Of a stretch of DNA of 64,000 nucleotides, positions 1 to 8,351 are shown in pieces. The stretch comes from a virus: positions 12,247 through 76,246 of the IMG/VR virus record IMGVR_UViG_3300028835_002196. One strand, 5' to 3'. Under the pieces are notes generated by a model, which worked only from the letters and a program-made list of their open reading frames with translations, ran no database searches and had not been told where the DNA came from. The position numbers and the translations under genes are program-made. How positions within the stretch are numbered: the first letter of the stretch is position 1; each line of letters begins with the position of its first letter.

Positions 1-240
1 ACCCGTGAAATGTACCCCAGGGTAAGTGTATGGGTATGGGTATTCCATGATTATTATCCGGCTGGTGATTTCAAAAGAAAATCGGAATTTCCGCACCCGC
101 CCCCCCATGTCCGTGGATGTTCGCACATTTATATGATCAGATCAAAAGCTGTTTTTTGCTCGGGAATATGAAAAGCAATTGAATTAACACCATTTTGATT
201 CACACCGGTGGGGTAGGGGAGAGGTGAAAACCTGCCTATT
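1..240. other. Non-coding region with G/C tracts; possible genome-end, packaging or regulatory region
   Basis: No ORF of 60 aa or more; runs such as CACCCGCCCCCCC (95-107) and GGTGGGGTAGGGGAGAGG (207-224) in an AT-rich genome. Function is inference only. Confidence 0.3.
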
Positions 241-448
241 CATGCCGTTTACAAAGTCTATTGAACATAATAATAGTTATGTGACATTTTATATTGCCCT
301 GTAATTCAACGCCCGATCTGCCCCTGCCTCTCCTCCTGTGCCACGTTTCGCACGCCTGCCTCTTGCTTTATTGTGGCACGGAATGTATTCTAACCCATCA
401 AATTAATGCTACCTTTACAATCACTATCCAATTCAATCTACACCGTTT

Positions 449-952
449 ATGGGACGCAAAGGAATGCCACTACAATTGAAGACGACAAAATTCGAAGACC
501 AGCTCGAGAACGTCAGCCCATTTCAACGCGAACTAATCCGTAAACAGATCATTGCTTATAAGAAGAAGATGTATAAGATCATTGAAGAGGGGTTTTTCTA
601 TGGTGTTGGTGGTATAATGCACTTCTGGTTGTGGCACGCTGTACTGTCTTCTAAACATATTCCTATCACTTATTTTGTATTGTTATCAAGAGCGAGATGG
701 TTGAAAGAACAACAGGATCAAGATATGTTCAAACTTTCAGATTTATCCCCCTGTAGTATTTCAAGTCGTCAAATTGCTTTACTTATTACTTCAGGCATCA
801 AGCGAGGACACATAAAACGGCATCCTTCTGTTTATGGCAAATACATCATAACTCCCAAAGGAAATGAATACCTAACCAGATTAACTAAAGAAATGTACAA
901 GGTTGTAGTCGATTTATATGATCCTGGTATTAAAAAAGACCTGAAGGTTTAA
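449..952 (+). CDS. Winged-helix DNA-binding protein
   Basis: C-terminal SSRQIALLITSGIKRGHIKR...KYIITPKGNEYL fits a MarR/ArnR1-like winged helix (YxITxKG wing). Alternative start at ATG 617. Confidence 0.55.
   Translation: MGRKGMPLQLKTTKFEDQLENVSPFQRELIRKQIIAYKKKMYKIIEEGFFYGVGGIMHFWLWHAVLSSKHIPITYFVLLSRARWLKEQQDQDMFKLSDLSPCSISSRQIALLITSGIKRGHIKRHPSVYGKYIITPKGNEYLTRLTKEMYKVVVDLYDPGIKKDLKV
591..619 (+). repeat. Imperfect direct repeat, copy 1
   Basis: GGTTTTTCTATGGTGTTGGTGGTATAATG; 26/29 identical to 961-988. Confidence 0.8.
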
Positions 953-967
953 AGTCATCAGGTCTTT
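935..967. terminator. Hairpin between convergent genes, probable bidirectional terminator
   Basis: AAAGACCTGA (935-944) and TCAGGTCTTT (958-967) form a perfect 10-bp inverted repeat with A/T flanks at the convergence of 449..952 and 999..1853. Confidence 0.65.
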
Positions 968-988
968 CTCTGGTGTTGGTGTATAATG
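961..988 (+). repeat. Imperfect direct repeat, copy 2
   Basis: GGTCTTTCTCTGGTGTTGGTGTATAATG; partner of 591-619. Confidence 0.8.
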
Positions 989-998
989 TTGTGTAAGG

Positions 999-1853
999 TT
1001 AGTCATCATCAACCTTAACCTCTATAAGATCATGCTCCCATTCACTCTCTGTAATAATGTAACCAAACCTGTTTACCAAATGTAAACCCGATACGATCCA
1101 AAACACACCATCTGTTTCTATAATCGTCCAAATCCTCCGTGGCTTTTTCTTGCCCATTTCCCGTACATATGCTAATTCTCTATCATACGTTTCAAAAAAC
1201 CAACCATCCCAACTGGCATTACTATTCAAATGATTTTTTACGGGTTTGTACTTCTCTATGAACTCATCATAGCTAATTATTTCAGGTGTTAATCCTTTCT
1301 CTTTGTTATACCAGTTTATAAATTTAAGAGCCAATAAATACGTTGAGTTCATCCAATCCGTTTGCTTAATTGATACACTTACTACAACTTTTCCTGTAAA
1401 TGCGTCTAATACTTCGGCGGCTGATCCCATCAACTTCACACAGTAATAGTATTTCTCAATATTATTTGATAAACACCTTGTAGTATCTATTTTTACTATC
1501 ACAGACATAATCCAATCGTATGATGTACTAAATTTCAAGTCCTTCGTTCCGTTTCCCATCCATCCGGGAGAAAAAGGCAATCCCGCCTTTTTAAGTTCTT
1601 GCCCATCATACCAGCCTTTTTTATCAGGGATAACGCCCATAAACTTACCTATAATTTTAGACGCATCTAAAGGCAGTTTATCAAATCTGATCATAAATAG
1701 CTGGGCTTCCTCTCTCTGTCTGGTGTTCATTACCTTGTACCCGCTTTTTTTGTCCTTATGAATTAAATCATCAAGGCTTTGGGGATCGAAACCATTTTCG
1801 TGCATCCATTCTCTGATGTCACGGTGAAGTATTTCTTCTGGTGTTGCTGTCAT
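999..1853 (-). CDS. Hypothetical multidomain phage early protein
   Basis: 284-aa ORF in the leftward early operon; FSTSYDWIMSVI segment and a C-terminal FETY...IWT...G.HLVNR.GY domain of a type common in phages. Confidence 0.7.
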   Translation of the reverse strand: MTATPEEILHRDIREWMHENGFDPQSLDDLIHKDKKSGYKVMNTRQREEAQLFMIRFDKLPLDASKIIGKFMGVIPDKKGWYDGQELKKAGLPFSPGWMGNGTKDLKFSTSYDWIMSVIVKIDTTRCLSNNIEKYYYCVKLMGSAAEVLDAFTGKVVVSVSIKQTDWMNSTYLLALKFINWYNKEKGLTPEIISYDEFIEKYKPVKNHLNSNASWDGWFFETYDRELAYVREMGKKKPRRIWTIIETDGVFWIVSGLHLVNRFGYIITESEWEHDLIEVKVDDD

Positions 1854-1879
1854 AATGTGTGTCCTTTCTTTTTATGGTG

Positions 1880-2119
1880 TTAATGAATAACAGGAATTAC
1901 TTGTAACTCTGTAAATGATGCGAACAATGATCCTGCGTCATTCCCTTCATCATCCCTCGATGGATAGATAAACGATCCATCTGTAAAGAAGATCACTAAA
2001 GGCTTACGAAACCAACCGTGATTTTCTTGCTCTTTATCCGTCATGTAACGAACTTCTTTAATAGTCTTACCTACTAAATGTTTCGAGCAAATTTGTTCCC
2101 ATTCTTTTTGTGTTCCCAT
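1880..2119 (-). CDS. Hypothetical protein
   Basis: 79-aa ORF with A-rich leader and PSRDDEGNDAG motif. Confidence 0.7.
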   Translation of the reverse strand: MGTQKEWEQICSKHLVGKTIKEVRYMTDKEQENHGWFRKPLVIFFTDGSFIYPSRDDEGNDAGSLFASFTELQVIPVIH

Positions 2120-2148
2120 TTTGTTTGTTTTTTTGGTGTTAATATATA

Positions 2149-2823
2149 TTATATCGAATTTCTTCCCATTTGCCCATCGTCAGCAAAACTATGGTAATGA
2201 TCACAAGTAATAATAACATGATCTAACACTTGTACATCCATCCACTTACACGCCTTCTCTATTTTTATTGTTATTATTTGATCTAATTCACTTGGCATAA
2301 TGTTTCCTGATGGATGATTGTGACATAATATTATAGAACTGGCTAACCTGTCGATTGCAGCTTTACATATTAACTTTACATCTATTACTGTACCGTTAAC
2401 GCCTCCCTGACTTATTTTAACTTTGTCCGTTATTGCATTTCTCCTATCTAAATACAACGCCCAAAACTCCTCATACTTCAAATGCCCCAGCAATGGTAAC
2501 ATCGTATCATATACATCCCTTGAACTACTAATTTTAGGCAATTTATTAGCTTCCTGTATCCTTGAACGCCTTGCCATTTCCTGACTTACTAAAAGCCTGA
2601 AACTCTGTTGTTTTGTTAAGCCTTTATTTTGCAGATCATAGGTAGATTGCCTCTCTAATACTTTGTAATTGTTGTTACAATCATTAAGTATCGTTCGGGC
2701 TTGCTGTAACGTATACTCTTCGGGCTTATTGTTAGCAATCAATATACTTATTAATTCCGCATCTGATAACGCCATTAAACCCTTTTGAAATAATTTGTCT
2801 GTCAATGTTTCCGTGTCTTTCAT
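2149..2823 (-). CDS. radC: RadC-family (UPF0758/JAB) protein
   Basis: N-terminal LSDAEL, EEFWALYLDRRN, and JAB motif HNHPSG...PS..D...LDHVII. Confidence 0.93.
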   Translation of the reverse strand: MKDTETLTDKLFQKGLMALSDAELISILIANNKPEEYTLQQARTILNDCNNNYKVLERQSTYDLQNKGLTKQQSFRLLVSQEMARRSRIQEANKLPKISSSRDVYDTMLPLLGHLKYEEFWALYLDRRNAITDKVKISQGGVNGTVIDVKLICKAAIDRLASSIILCHNHPSGNIMPSELDQIITIKIEKACKWMDVQVLDHVIITCDHYHSFADDGQMGRNSI

Positions 2824-2849
2824 GGTGTTTGGAGTGTTTGATAACTCTA

Positions 2850-3134
2850 CTATTTGTTTGAATGATACTTGATAATATAACCTATCAAAAATTTCTGATA
2901 ATGCTTAGTCATTTCCTGTACCCAATTAACTATAACGGAAACAGTCAAATAATCAGCTTTCTCGACTGCCTGAACCATTTTTAATTTACTCATAAAGTGT
3001 TGGGTTATGTGATCATCCCAAGGGGTATTTTTCGCAAGGTGGTTAATGTCAATGTTGTATAAAAAATGCTGATACGCATTAAATACACTAAATTCATTGT
3101 CACCAACTGTTTGTGTGTCTGTCTTTTGTGCCAT
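2850..3134 (-). CDS. Hypothetical protein, first gene of the leftward early operon
   Basis: 94-aa ORF directly downstream of the 3167-3198 promoter. Confidence 0.65.
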   Translation of the reverse strand: MAQKTDTQTVGDNEFSVFNAYQHFLYNIDINHLAKNTPWDDHITQHFMSKLKMVQAVEKADYLTVSVIVNWVQEMTKHYQKFLIGYIIKYHSNK

Positions 3135-3166
3135 AATTGTGTGTTTTTAATTGGTTAATGTCAGAT

Positions 3167-3198
3167 CAAATGTATTATATATATTAATATAAAACAAA
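3167..3198 (-). promoter_or_regulatory. Bacteroidota primary-sigma promoter (leftward)
   Basis: Minus strand TTTG-N20-TACATTTG, an exact match to the -33/-7 consensus TTTG...TAnnTTTG. Confidence 0.8.
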
Positions 3199-3224
3199 TA
3201 TTTTGTAACTTTTTTTACAAAAGA

Positions 3225-3256
3225 TTTGTTTTTATCATTTATTTGATTTAATATTG
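3225..3256 (+). promoter_or_regulatory. Bacteroidota-like promoter (rightward, divergent)
   Basis: TTTG-N20-TAATATTG, one mismatch to the -7 consensus, upstream of the rightward early genes. Confidence 0.55.
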
Positions 3257-3284
3257 TACTGTCTAATATTAATAAATACATATT

Positions 3285-3380
3285 ATGGAAACACAAACGA
3301 CACGCATTCAATTATTTATAATGAAAGTAATCACCGTTGCTTTGATTATAGCGGGAACATTTCTCTCCTGTGTGCTTTAA
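3285..3380 (+). CDS. 31-aa hydrophobic peptide (not in ORF track)
   Basis: Hand translation METQTTRIQLFIMKVITVALIIAGTFLSCVL; lies between a promoter and a terminator. Confidence 0.55.
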   Translation: METQTTRIQLFIMKVITVALIIAGTFLSCVL

Positions 3381-3390
3381 TTGGTGTTAG

Positions 3391-3424
3391 AAGGGGTTGG
3401 GGCATCCGTCCCAATCCCTTTTTT
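3391..3424 (+). terminator. Intrinsic terminator
   Basis: Stem AAGGGGTTGGG / CCCAATCCCTT followed by a T run. Confidence 0.7.
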
Positions 3425-3459
3425 ATTTAACTTTACCATAGCAAAAAAACCAGATCACC

Positions 3460-3693
3460 ATGGCAAAAGAAAAGCCAGATCACATGAAACAGTATTTTAA
3501 TCAGAAAAGGGAAGAGATAAGAAATGCCAAATCTATTTCCGAACTACTTAATTTAGCAACTCTCAAAGGAAATTCACCTAATTATTTCACTATAAAACAG
3601 TATTTTGAAAACGAACTCAATAATGATCTGGAAAAATGCAGAGAACATGCTACAAATATTGTTAGCGGTCTGCAATATAAAATGTATAACTAA
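3460..3693 (+). CDS. Hypothetical protein
   Basis: 77-aa ORF in the rightward early operon. Confidence 0.6.
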   Translation: MAKEKPDHMKQYFNQKREEIRNAKSISELLNLATLKGNSPNYFTIKQYFENELNNDLEKCREHATNIVSGLQYKMYN

Positions 3694-3706
3694 AACCCTT
3701 GAAATC

Positions 3707-3940
3707 ATGACTGAAAAGCAAATAAAAGAAAAAGTACAGGAAATGTATAATAGTATTGATATACAATGGTATGTTGATAAAGTTCTCCAATCTGGATGCG
3801 TTAATATTGATAGTTGGGAAGATAATGATCGTCTACCTAAAATAATATTAGCAACAGCACTAAAGCAAATGGCATTTCAATATGAACCAATGGACGCAAC
3901 TGATAAAAATACGGTCTCAAACATTATATTACTTCTCTAA
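3707..3940 (+). CDS. Hypothetical protein
   Basis: ATG 3707 (MTEKQIK) with an A-rich leader avoids overlap with the previous gene. Confidence 0.65.
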   Translation: MTEKQIKEKVQEMYNSIDIQWYVDKVLQSGCVNIDSWEDNDRLPKIILATALKQMAFQYEPMDATDKNTVSNIILLL

Positions 3941-3963
3941 ATATTCACCAAACCAAACATTTT

Positions 3964-4248
3964 ATGACAAAGACAATTCACATCTTCAAGTATTCACCGG
4001 TATCCATTGTGGTATTAGGTGATACGAAACCCATCAAAGACAGGCTGAAAGCCATTGGTGGAGTGTACAATCCACGTCTAACCCATCCCCGGACTAAAGA
4101 AAGAGTGCCGGGCTGGGTGTTTAGCTCGAAAAGAGAGCAATTAATTATAGGTGTCTGTCAAGACGCTATAAAGGATAAGGTCATTAATAAGGTCGAATCC
4201 CATATGCCTGAGAATATCAGCGAAAAGAATTTAATAGCAACCGTATAA
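3964..4248 (+). CDS. Conserved phage hypothetical protein
   Basis: YS..SIVV.GDTKPIKD.LK.IGG.YNP.L...GWVF pattern, a recurring small domain of unknown function. Confidence 0.7.
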   Translation: MTKTIHIFKYSPVSIVVLGDTKPIKDRLKAIGGVYNPRLTHPRTKERVPGWVFSSKREQLIIGVCQDAIKDKVINKVESHMPENISEKNLIATV

Positions 4249-4258
4249 ATTAAAAATC

Positions 4259-5200
4259 ATGGAAACAACACAGGAAAATTGGAAACACTTCATTCTGCAC
4301 CTTTATAAAGGATTGGCAGATGAACTCTTAGGCTCTTATACCTCAAAGGAAAGGGATAAAGAGATCGAAAGACTTAATTCTACGCATGATGAGGTATATC
4401 ATTATTTTATACCCATATCTATTCAGGGGGAAATACAAAAACTGGTTGTTGAGGGGCTTTACTGGAATGAAGAAACAGAAAAAGAAAAGATTAAGATTAC
4501 CCCCGCTATGAAAAATCTGAAAGGGATACACCACATAAGTTTACAGGATATCCTTACACAGCATGTTTATGATATGTCTAACGGATATTTTTCTCCTCAA
4601 GGTAAAGTAGGCGTTGAACCCGAAACATGGGCTATTGATTGTTATTGGGACGGAGAAGTATTCGAAACATTTTTATATCAAAGTAAACACGAATATGAAA
4701 GTGATATCGAAACTCTAAGCCCCAAAAAAGAATCCCCGGCAGAAGGTTATACATTCATTAACTGTTCTATCTGTAACAAGGACTTTAAAAAGGATGCGAC
4801 TGATTTCCTTTTAGGCTTAACAGATGAGGCAAATACTATCTGTCCCAAATGTACTGATAGTGAAAAAGAACCAAACGTATTCATTAATTTTTATCAATGT
4901 GTTTGTGGTAAGGAATGGGAAAGCGTTTGGAGTTGTGCATGTAACAGTAAATGTCCAGAATGTAACAGCGAAATAGAACCACATCAAACCGAAGACATAC
5001 CGCCGGCCAAAAATAAAGGCTATGCCGATATGGTATTAAGAAGAGACGTAGAGGGAGTATTTAACCCTGATTCAGAAGATACTATTCTTGTATGTCTGAG
5101 TGAAGATGTTAAATGGTTAGAGGAAAGGTACAAGCAATTATTAATTGATAAGTATCATGCCACCAAAAGTATTATTTCGACCCATTACGGCAAACATTAA
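4259..5200 (+). CDS. Multidomain protein with zinc-ribbon motifs
   Basis: CSIC...CPKC and YQCVCGKEW...WSCACNSKCPEC cysteine clusters. Confidence 0.7.
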   Translation: METTQENWKHFILHLYKGLADELLGSYTSKERDKEIERLNSTHDEVYHYFIPISIQGEIQKLVVEGLYWNEETEKEKIKITPAMKNLKGIHHISLQDILTQHVYDMSNGYFSPQGKVGVEPETWAIDCYWDGEVFETFLYQSKHEYESDIETLSPKKESPAEGYTFINCSICNKDFKKDATDFLLGLTDEANTICPKCTDSEKEPNVFINFYQCVCGKEWESVWSCACNSKCPECNSEIEPHQTEDIPPAKNKGYADMVLRRDVEGVFNPDSEDTILVCLSEDVKWLEERYKQLLIDKYHATKSIISTHYGKH

Positions 5201-5247
5201 GCCCTAAGATCATGACTTATCAAAGTAAATTTTTTACAACAGAACAG

Positions 5248-5296
5248 ATGTCCGGATCAGGTCAGTTAAATTTAATTGACCTGATTGAACGGACAT
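5248..5296. promoter_or_regulatory. Long intergenic inverted repeat
   Basis: ATGTCCG-G-ATCAGGTCA ... TGACCTGAT-TGAA-CGGACAT; no U tract, so not a classic terminator. Confidence 0.5.
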
Positions 5297-5323
5297 TAGA
5301 TAAAACTAAAATCATCAAAAAAC

Positions 5324-5578
5324 ATGACCGAAAAAAAAGCAAATCGACTAAAAAAGAACTTGGAACGCATACCGTACGGATCACTTGATGTTCGTAAGGT
5401 TAAGGGATTATTGCCTAAAAAAGACTGGAATCTTATTGTTTATGAAATGGATATAATTAAAAAAGAAAAACAACTGGTTCTCATACACATTGAATTTATG
5501 TTATCTTTTAAAATAAAGCATTGTTGCGGTCTATTAATTGAGGCTGAGGGTAATATTCCTTATTATACATTATATTAG
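5324..5578 (+). CDS. Hypothetical protein, possibly the N-terminus of the downstream MTase
   Basis: 84-aa ORF whose TAG overlaps the motif-I frame of the C5 MTase. Confidence 0.55.
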   Translation: MTEKKANRLKKNLERIPYGSLDVRKVKGLLPKKDWNLIVYEMDIIKKEKQLVLIHIEFMLSFKIKHCCGLLIEAEGNIPYYTLY

Positions 5579-7158
5579 ACCTGTTAGCTGGTGCTGGTGG
5601 AACTACCACCGGTGCATTAGCTGTTAAGGGAATTATAGTTGTCTGGGCATTGAATCATTCCAAAGAAGCTATATTCACTCACCAGGTCAATCACCCCAAC
5701 ACCGAACATTTCCACGCTGATCTGGCAGAAATGGATGTAACTAAACTCTGCCCGGTTGATGGTTTATTTGCAGGTCTGGAATGCACGAACTTCAGCAATG
5801 CCAAAGGAGGTTTATCAAGAGATGCTGACAGCAGAATGTTAGCATACGAACTGGACAAATATATAATTCATTGCCTGCCCAAGTATATAATGATTGAGAA
5901 TGTAAGAGAGTTTCTGGATTGGGGACCACTGAGAATTAAGGAAGATCAAGCCAGATCGACCAAAAAATACTCTGCCTTAGCTATAGTCGAAAAAGGTAAG
6001 AAGAAAGGTGAATATGTTATTATTCCAATCAAAGAACGCAAAAAAGAATATTATAATAAATGGATCGAACACGTTAAAGGTTTGGGATATATAAATTATC
6101 AGTATAGAATGTTGAACTCGGCAGATTATGGCTCATTCACCTCCAGGAAGCGTTATTTCGGCATTTTTTCCCTGCCCGGTTATCCAATATCATTTCCTTT
6201 ACAAACTCATCACAGGGACGGAATCAACGGTTTTAAGAAGTGGATGGCATGTAAGAAAAAGATCGACCTGAAAAATACCGGGGAATCCATGTTCGGCAGG
6301 GAATTTAATCTCAATCTACCTAAACAGGTAAGGAAACCATTAGTAAAACGCTCGATCAGCAGGATCATTAACGGTATGAAAAAACATTGCCCGGAAATGC
6401 TGCAGTACATTGTTAAGTATTATGGATCAGGAGGAGGACAGCACAGCTCGATCAACACACCATTGGATACCATTACAACCAAAGCTCGACATGCTCTTGT
6501 TACCCTGAAAAGAGAACAATTTATCAGCGAACATTTTTGGGGACAGGATCCTTCACAAAAAACGGATAAACCCCTCAACGTGATAACGACAAAAGAATCC
6601 AAACAGCTTGTTACGGTTGAAAAAAAACAGTTCATTAACCAGTGTTGGGGAAACGATTATAATCATTCCGGAATAAAAGAACCCCTGAAAACAATAACGA
6701 CTACTAATAAGCATCAGCTTGTTACTATTGAAAAGCAACAATTTCTCACCCAATATTATGGCAGGGATAATGCCAATCAGAATCTTAAAGAACCAATAAG
6801 AACTATCACCACTTGGAACACTCACCGGTTGGTCACAGTCGAAAAACAACAATTCATATCGACATACTTTGGTAAAAGCGGAGCACATTCTCTTGATAAA
6901 CCCTTGGGAACTATTACAACAGAACCCAAACATGCTCTTACAACTGTCCTGGCTAATGGAGATTTTGATATTAAGGTACGTTTCCTTACCCCTGCAGAGC
7001 TGGGGGATATAACGGGATTCCCGAAAAATTATCAATGGTACGGTAGTAATAGGTTGCGAATATGGATGATAGGCAATGCTGTTCCTATTCCAATGGCTAA
7101 GGCACTTATTGAGCAAATTAAAATCGAATTTATTAACCTTAAACCCATTAAATCATGA
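5569..7158 (+). CDS. DNA (cytosine-5) methyltransferase with five internal ~37-aa repeats; start uncertain
   Basis: In-frame motif I ILDLLAGAGG upstream of the ORF-track TTG, catalytic GLECTNFS, IENV, R.RYF, RFLTPAEL...GFP and IGNAVP. Confidence 0.9.
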   Translation: MILDLLAGAGGTTTGALAVKGIIVVWALNHSKEAIFTHQVNHPNTEHFHADLAEMDVTKLCPVDGLFAGLECTNFSNAKGGLSRDADSRMLAYELDKYIIHCLPKYIMIENVREFLDWGPLRIKEDQARSTKKYSALAIVEKGKKKGEYVIIPIKERKKEYYNKWIEHVKGLGYINYQYRMLNSADYGSFTSRKRYFGIFSLPGYPISFPLQTHHRDGINGFKKWMACKKKIDLKNTGESMFGREFNLNLPKQVRKPLVKRSISRIINGMKKHCPEMLQYIVKYYGSGGGQHSSINTPLDTITTKARHALVTLKREQFISEHFWGQDPSQKTDKPLNVITTKESKQLVTVEKKQFINQCWGNDYNHSGIKEPLKTITTTNKHQLVTIEKQQFLTQYYGRDNANQNLKEPIRTITTWNTHRLVTVEKQQFISTYFGKSGAHSLDKPLGTITTEPKHALTTVLANGDFDIKVRFLTPAELGDITGFPKNYQWYGSNRLRIWMIGNAVPIPMAKALIEQIKIEFINLKPIKS

Positions 7159-7547
7159 AAAAATTATCAAGCACAGTAAAAGAAAGAGCTGAAAAGGCAC
7201 ATGATATTGAAAAATTGATTGATCAGCTTAAAGTTATGTTGCTTAGTATAAGCAATAGAATTAAGGAAAAAAAAGCAAAGAAAGACATTACAATTATCCT
7301 GGCCGATTGGCAAGGTTGTGATAGAACTACATTTAACCGGGATAATTTTAATGCAATAAAAAAGGCTGAAGGAGAAGCTATTGGAGCAAAGTCTTATGAA
7401 TCATGGTTAATTGCCCAAGATGCAATTTTACAAATCATATTTTCATTCCTTGAATCTGAATTAGATAGGTTAGTAGAGGCCTATAACGATCTTGAACACC
7501 TGGAAGTGATAGAAGAACCAGAATTTGAAGATTTAGGACAAAAATGA
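7155..7547 (+). CDS. Hypothetical protein
   Basis: ATGA-coupled to the MTase; helical 130-aa ORF. Confidence 0.65.
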   Translation: MKKLSSTVKERAEKAHDIEKLIDQLKVMLLSISNRIKEKKAKKDITIILADWQGCDRTTFNRDNFNAIKKAEGEAIGAKSYESWLIAQDAILQIIFSFLESELDRLVEAYNDLEHLEVIEEPEFEDLGQK

Positions 7548-7840
7548 AATCAAACCATCCCCAGGATATTTATGCTGAAACAATACCAAAGCCCCGTAAC
7601 AAGGGCATAGGTCAACTTCCGCATTGTATTGATTGTGGAGAATATAAAGACGAACCCATGATCTATGCCGGCTTGGGTGGTAAAACAGCTCATTGTAAAA
7701 AATGTTTATTGAAAATGGACCCGGAAAGCGAATTATTCCCCGTTCATATCAAGCACAAAGGAATGTTGGTTAAGGAAGCTATCGAAATCCTTAATAAGCA
7801 TGTAAGTAAAGATCAAACAGGACAATTATTATTGTTTTAA
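7544..7840 (+). CDS. Hypothetical zinc-finger protein
   Basis: CIDC...CKKC; ATGA overlap with the previous gene. Confidence 0.6.
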   Translation: MKSNHPQDIYAETIPKPRNKGIGQLPHCIDCGEYKDEPMIYAGLGGKTAHCKKCLLKMDPESELFPVHIKHKGMLVKEAIEILNKHVSKDQTGQLLLF

Positions 7841-7854
7841 CTAAAATAAAAATC

Positions 7855-8133
7855 ATGAAACACAAATTATCAGGTAATGCAGAAACAAGGGAAGTTCATC
7901 TTGATGGTGAATTTCTTGACCCTAAACCAAGCCAAAAACATTACAATCATTCTCCCGATGGATTTAATTGGGGGTATGGTGGTAGTGGGCCGGCACAACT
8001 CGCACTGGCAATAATGCTAAAACTAACCGGCAGGGCAATCGGCAAGGCCGAAGGTTATCAAGAGTTTAAATTTAGAGTAATTGCAGCAATCCCAGGTGGC
8101 GAAGATTTTGACATTGAATTTAATTTAAAATAA
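7855..8133 (+). CDS. DUF6166-like protein
   Basis: NHSPDGFNWGYGGSGPAQLALA signature. Confidence 0.75.
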   Translation: MKHKLSGNAETREVHLDGEFLDPKPSQKHYNHSPDGFNWGYGGSGPAQLALAIMLKLTGRAIGKAEGYQEFKFRVIAAIPGGEDFDIEFNLK

Positions 8134-8141
8134 CACACATC

Positions 8142-8351
8142 ATGGACGACTGGAATAATCCGAAATTCGCATTCTGCCTCCTGCCCACCAGCCTTATACT
8201 AAAATTTGTTAATGGGAAATTGGATGCAAATGCCTACCTTAAACGTGAACTTGCAAACAGGGGAGTAAATTTGCAGGGGACATGGGTAGGACATGAGAGA
8301 TCAGAAGAACTATTATTAACCTCAAAAGACAAAGACGATGAAACCAGCTAA
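8142..8351 (+). CDS. Hypothetical protein
   Basis: 69 aa with ELANRG...G.WVG motif; tightly packed in the operon. Confidence 0.65.
   Translation: MDDWNNPKFAFCLLPTSLILKFVNGKLDANAYLKRELANRGVNLQGTWVGHERSEELLLTSKDKDDETS

Noticed and set aside
294-479. 61-aa ORF
   Set aside because: TTG start, atypical composition, overlaps the next gene.
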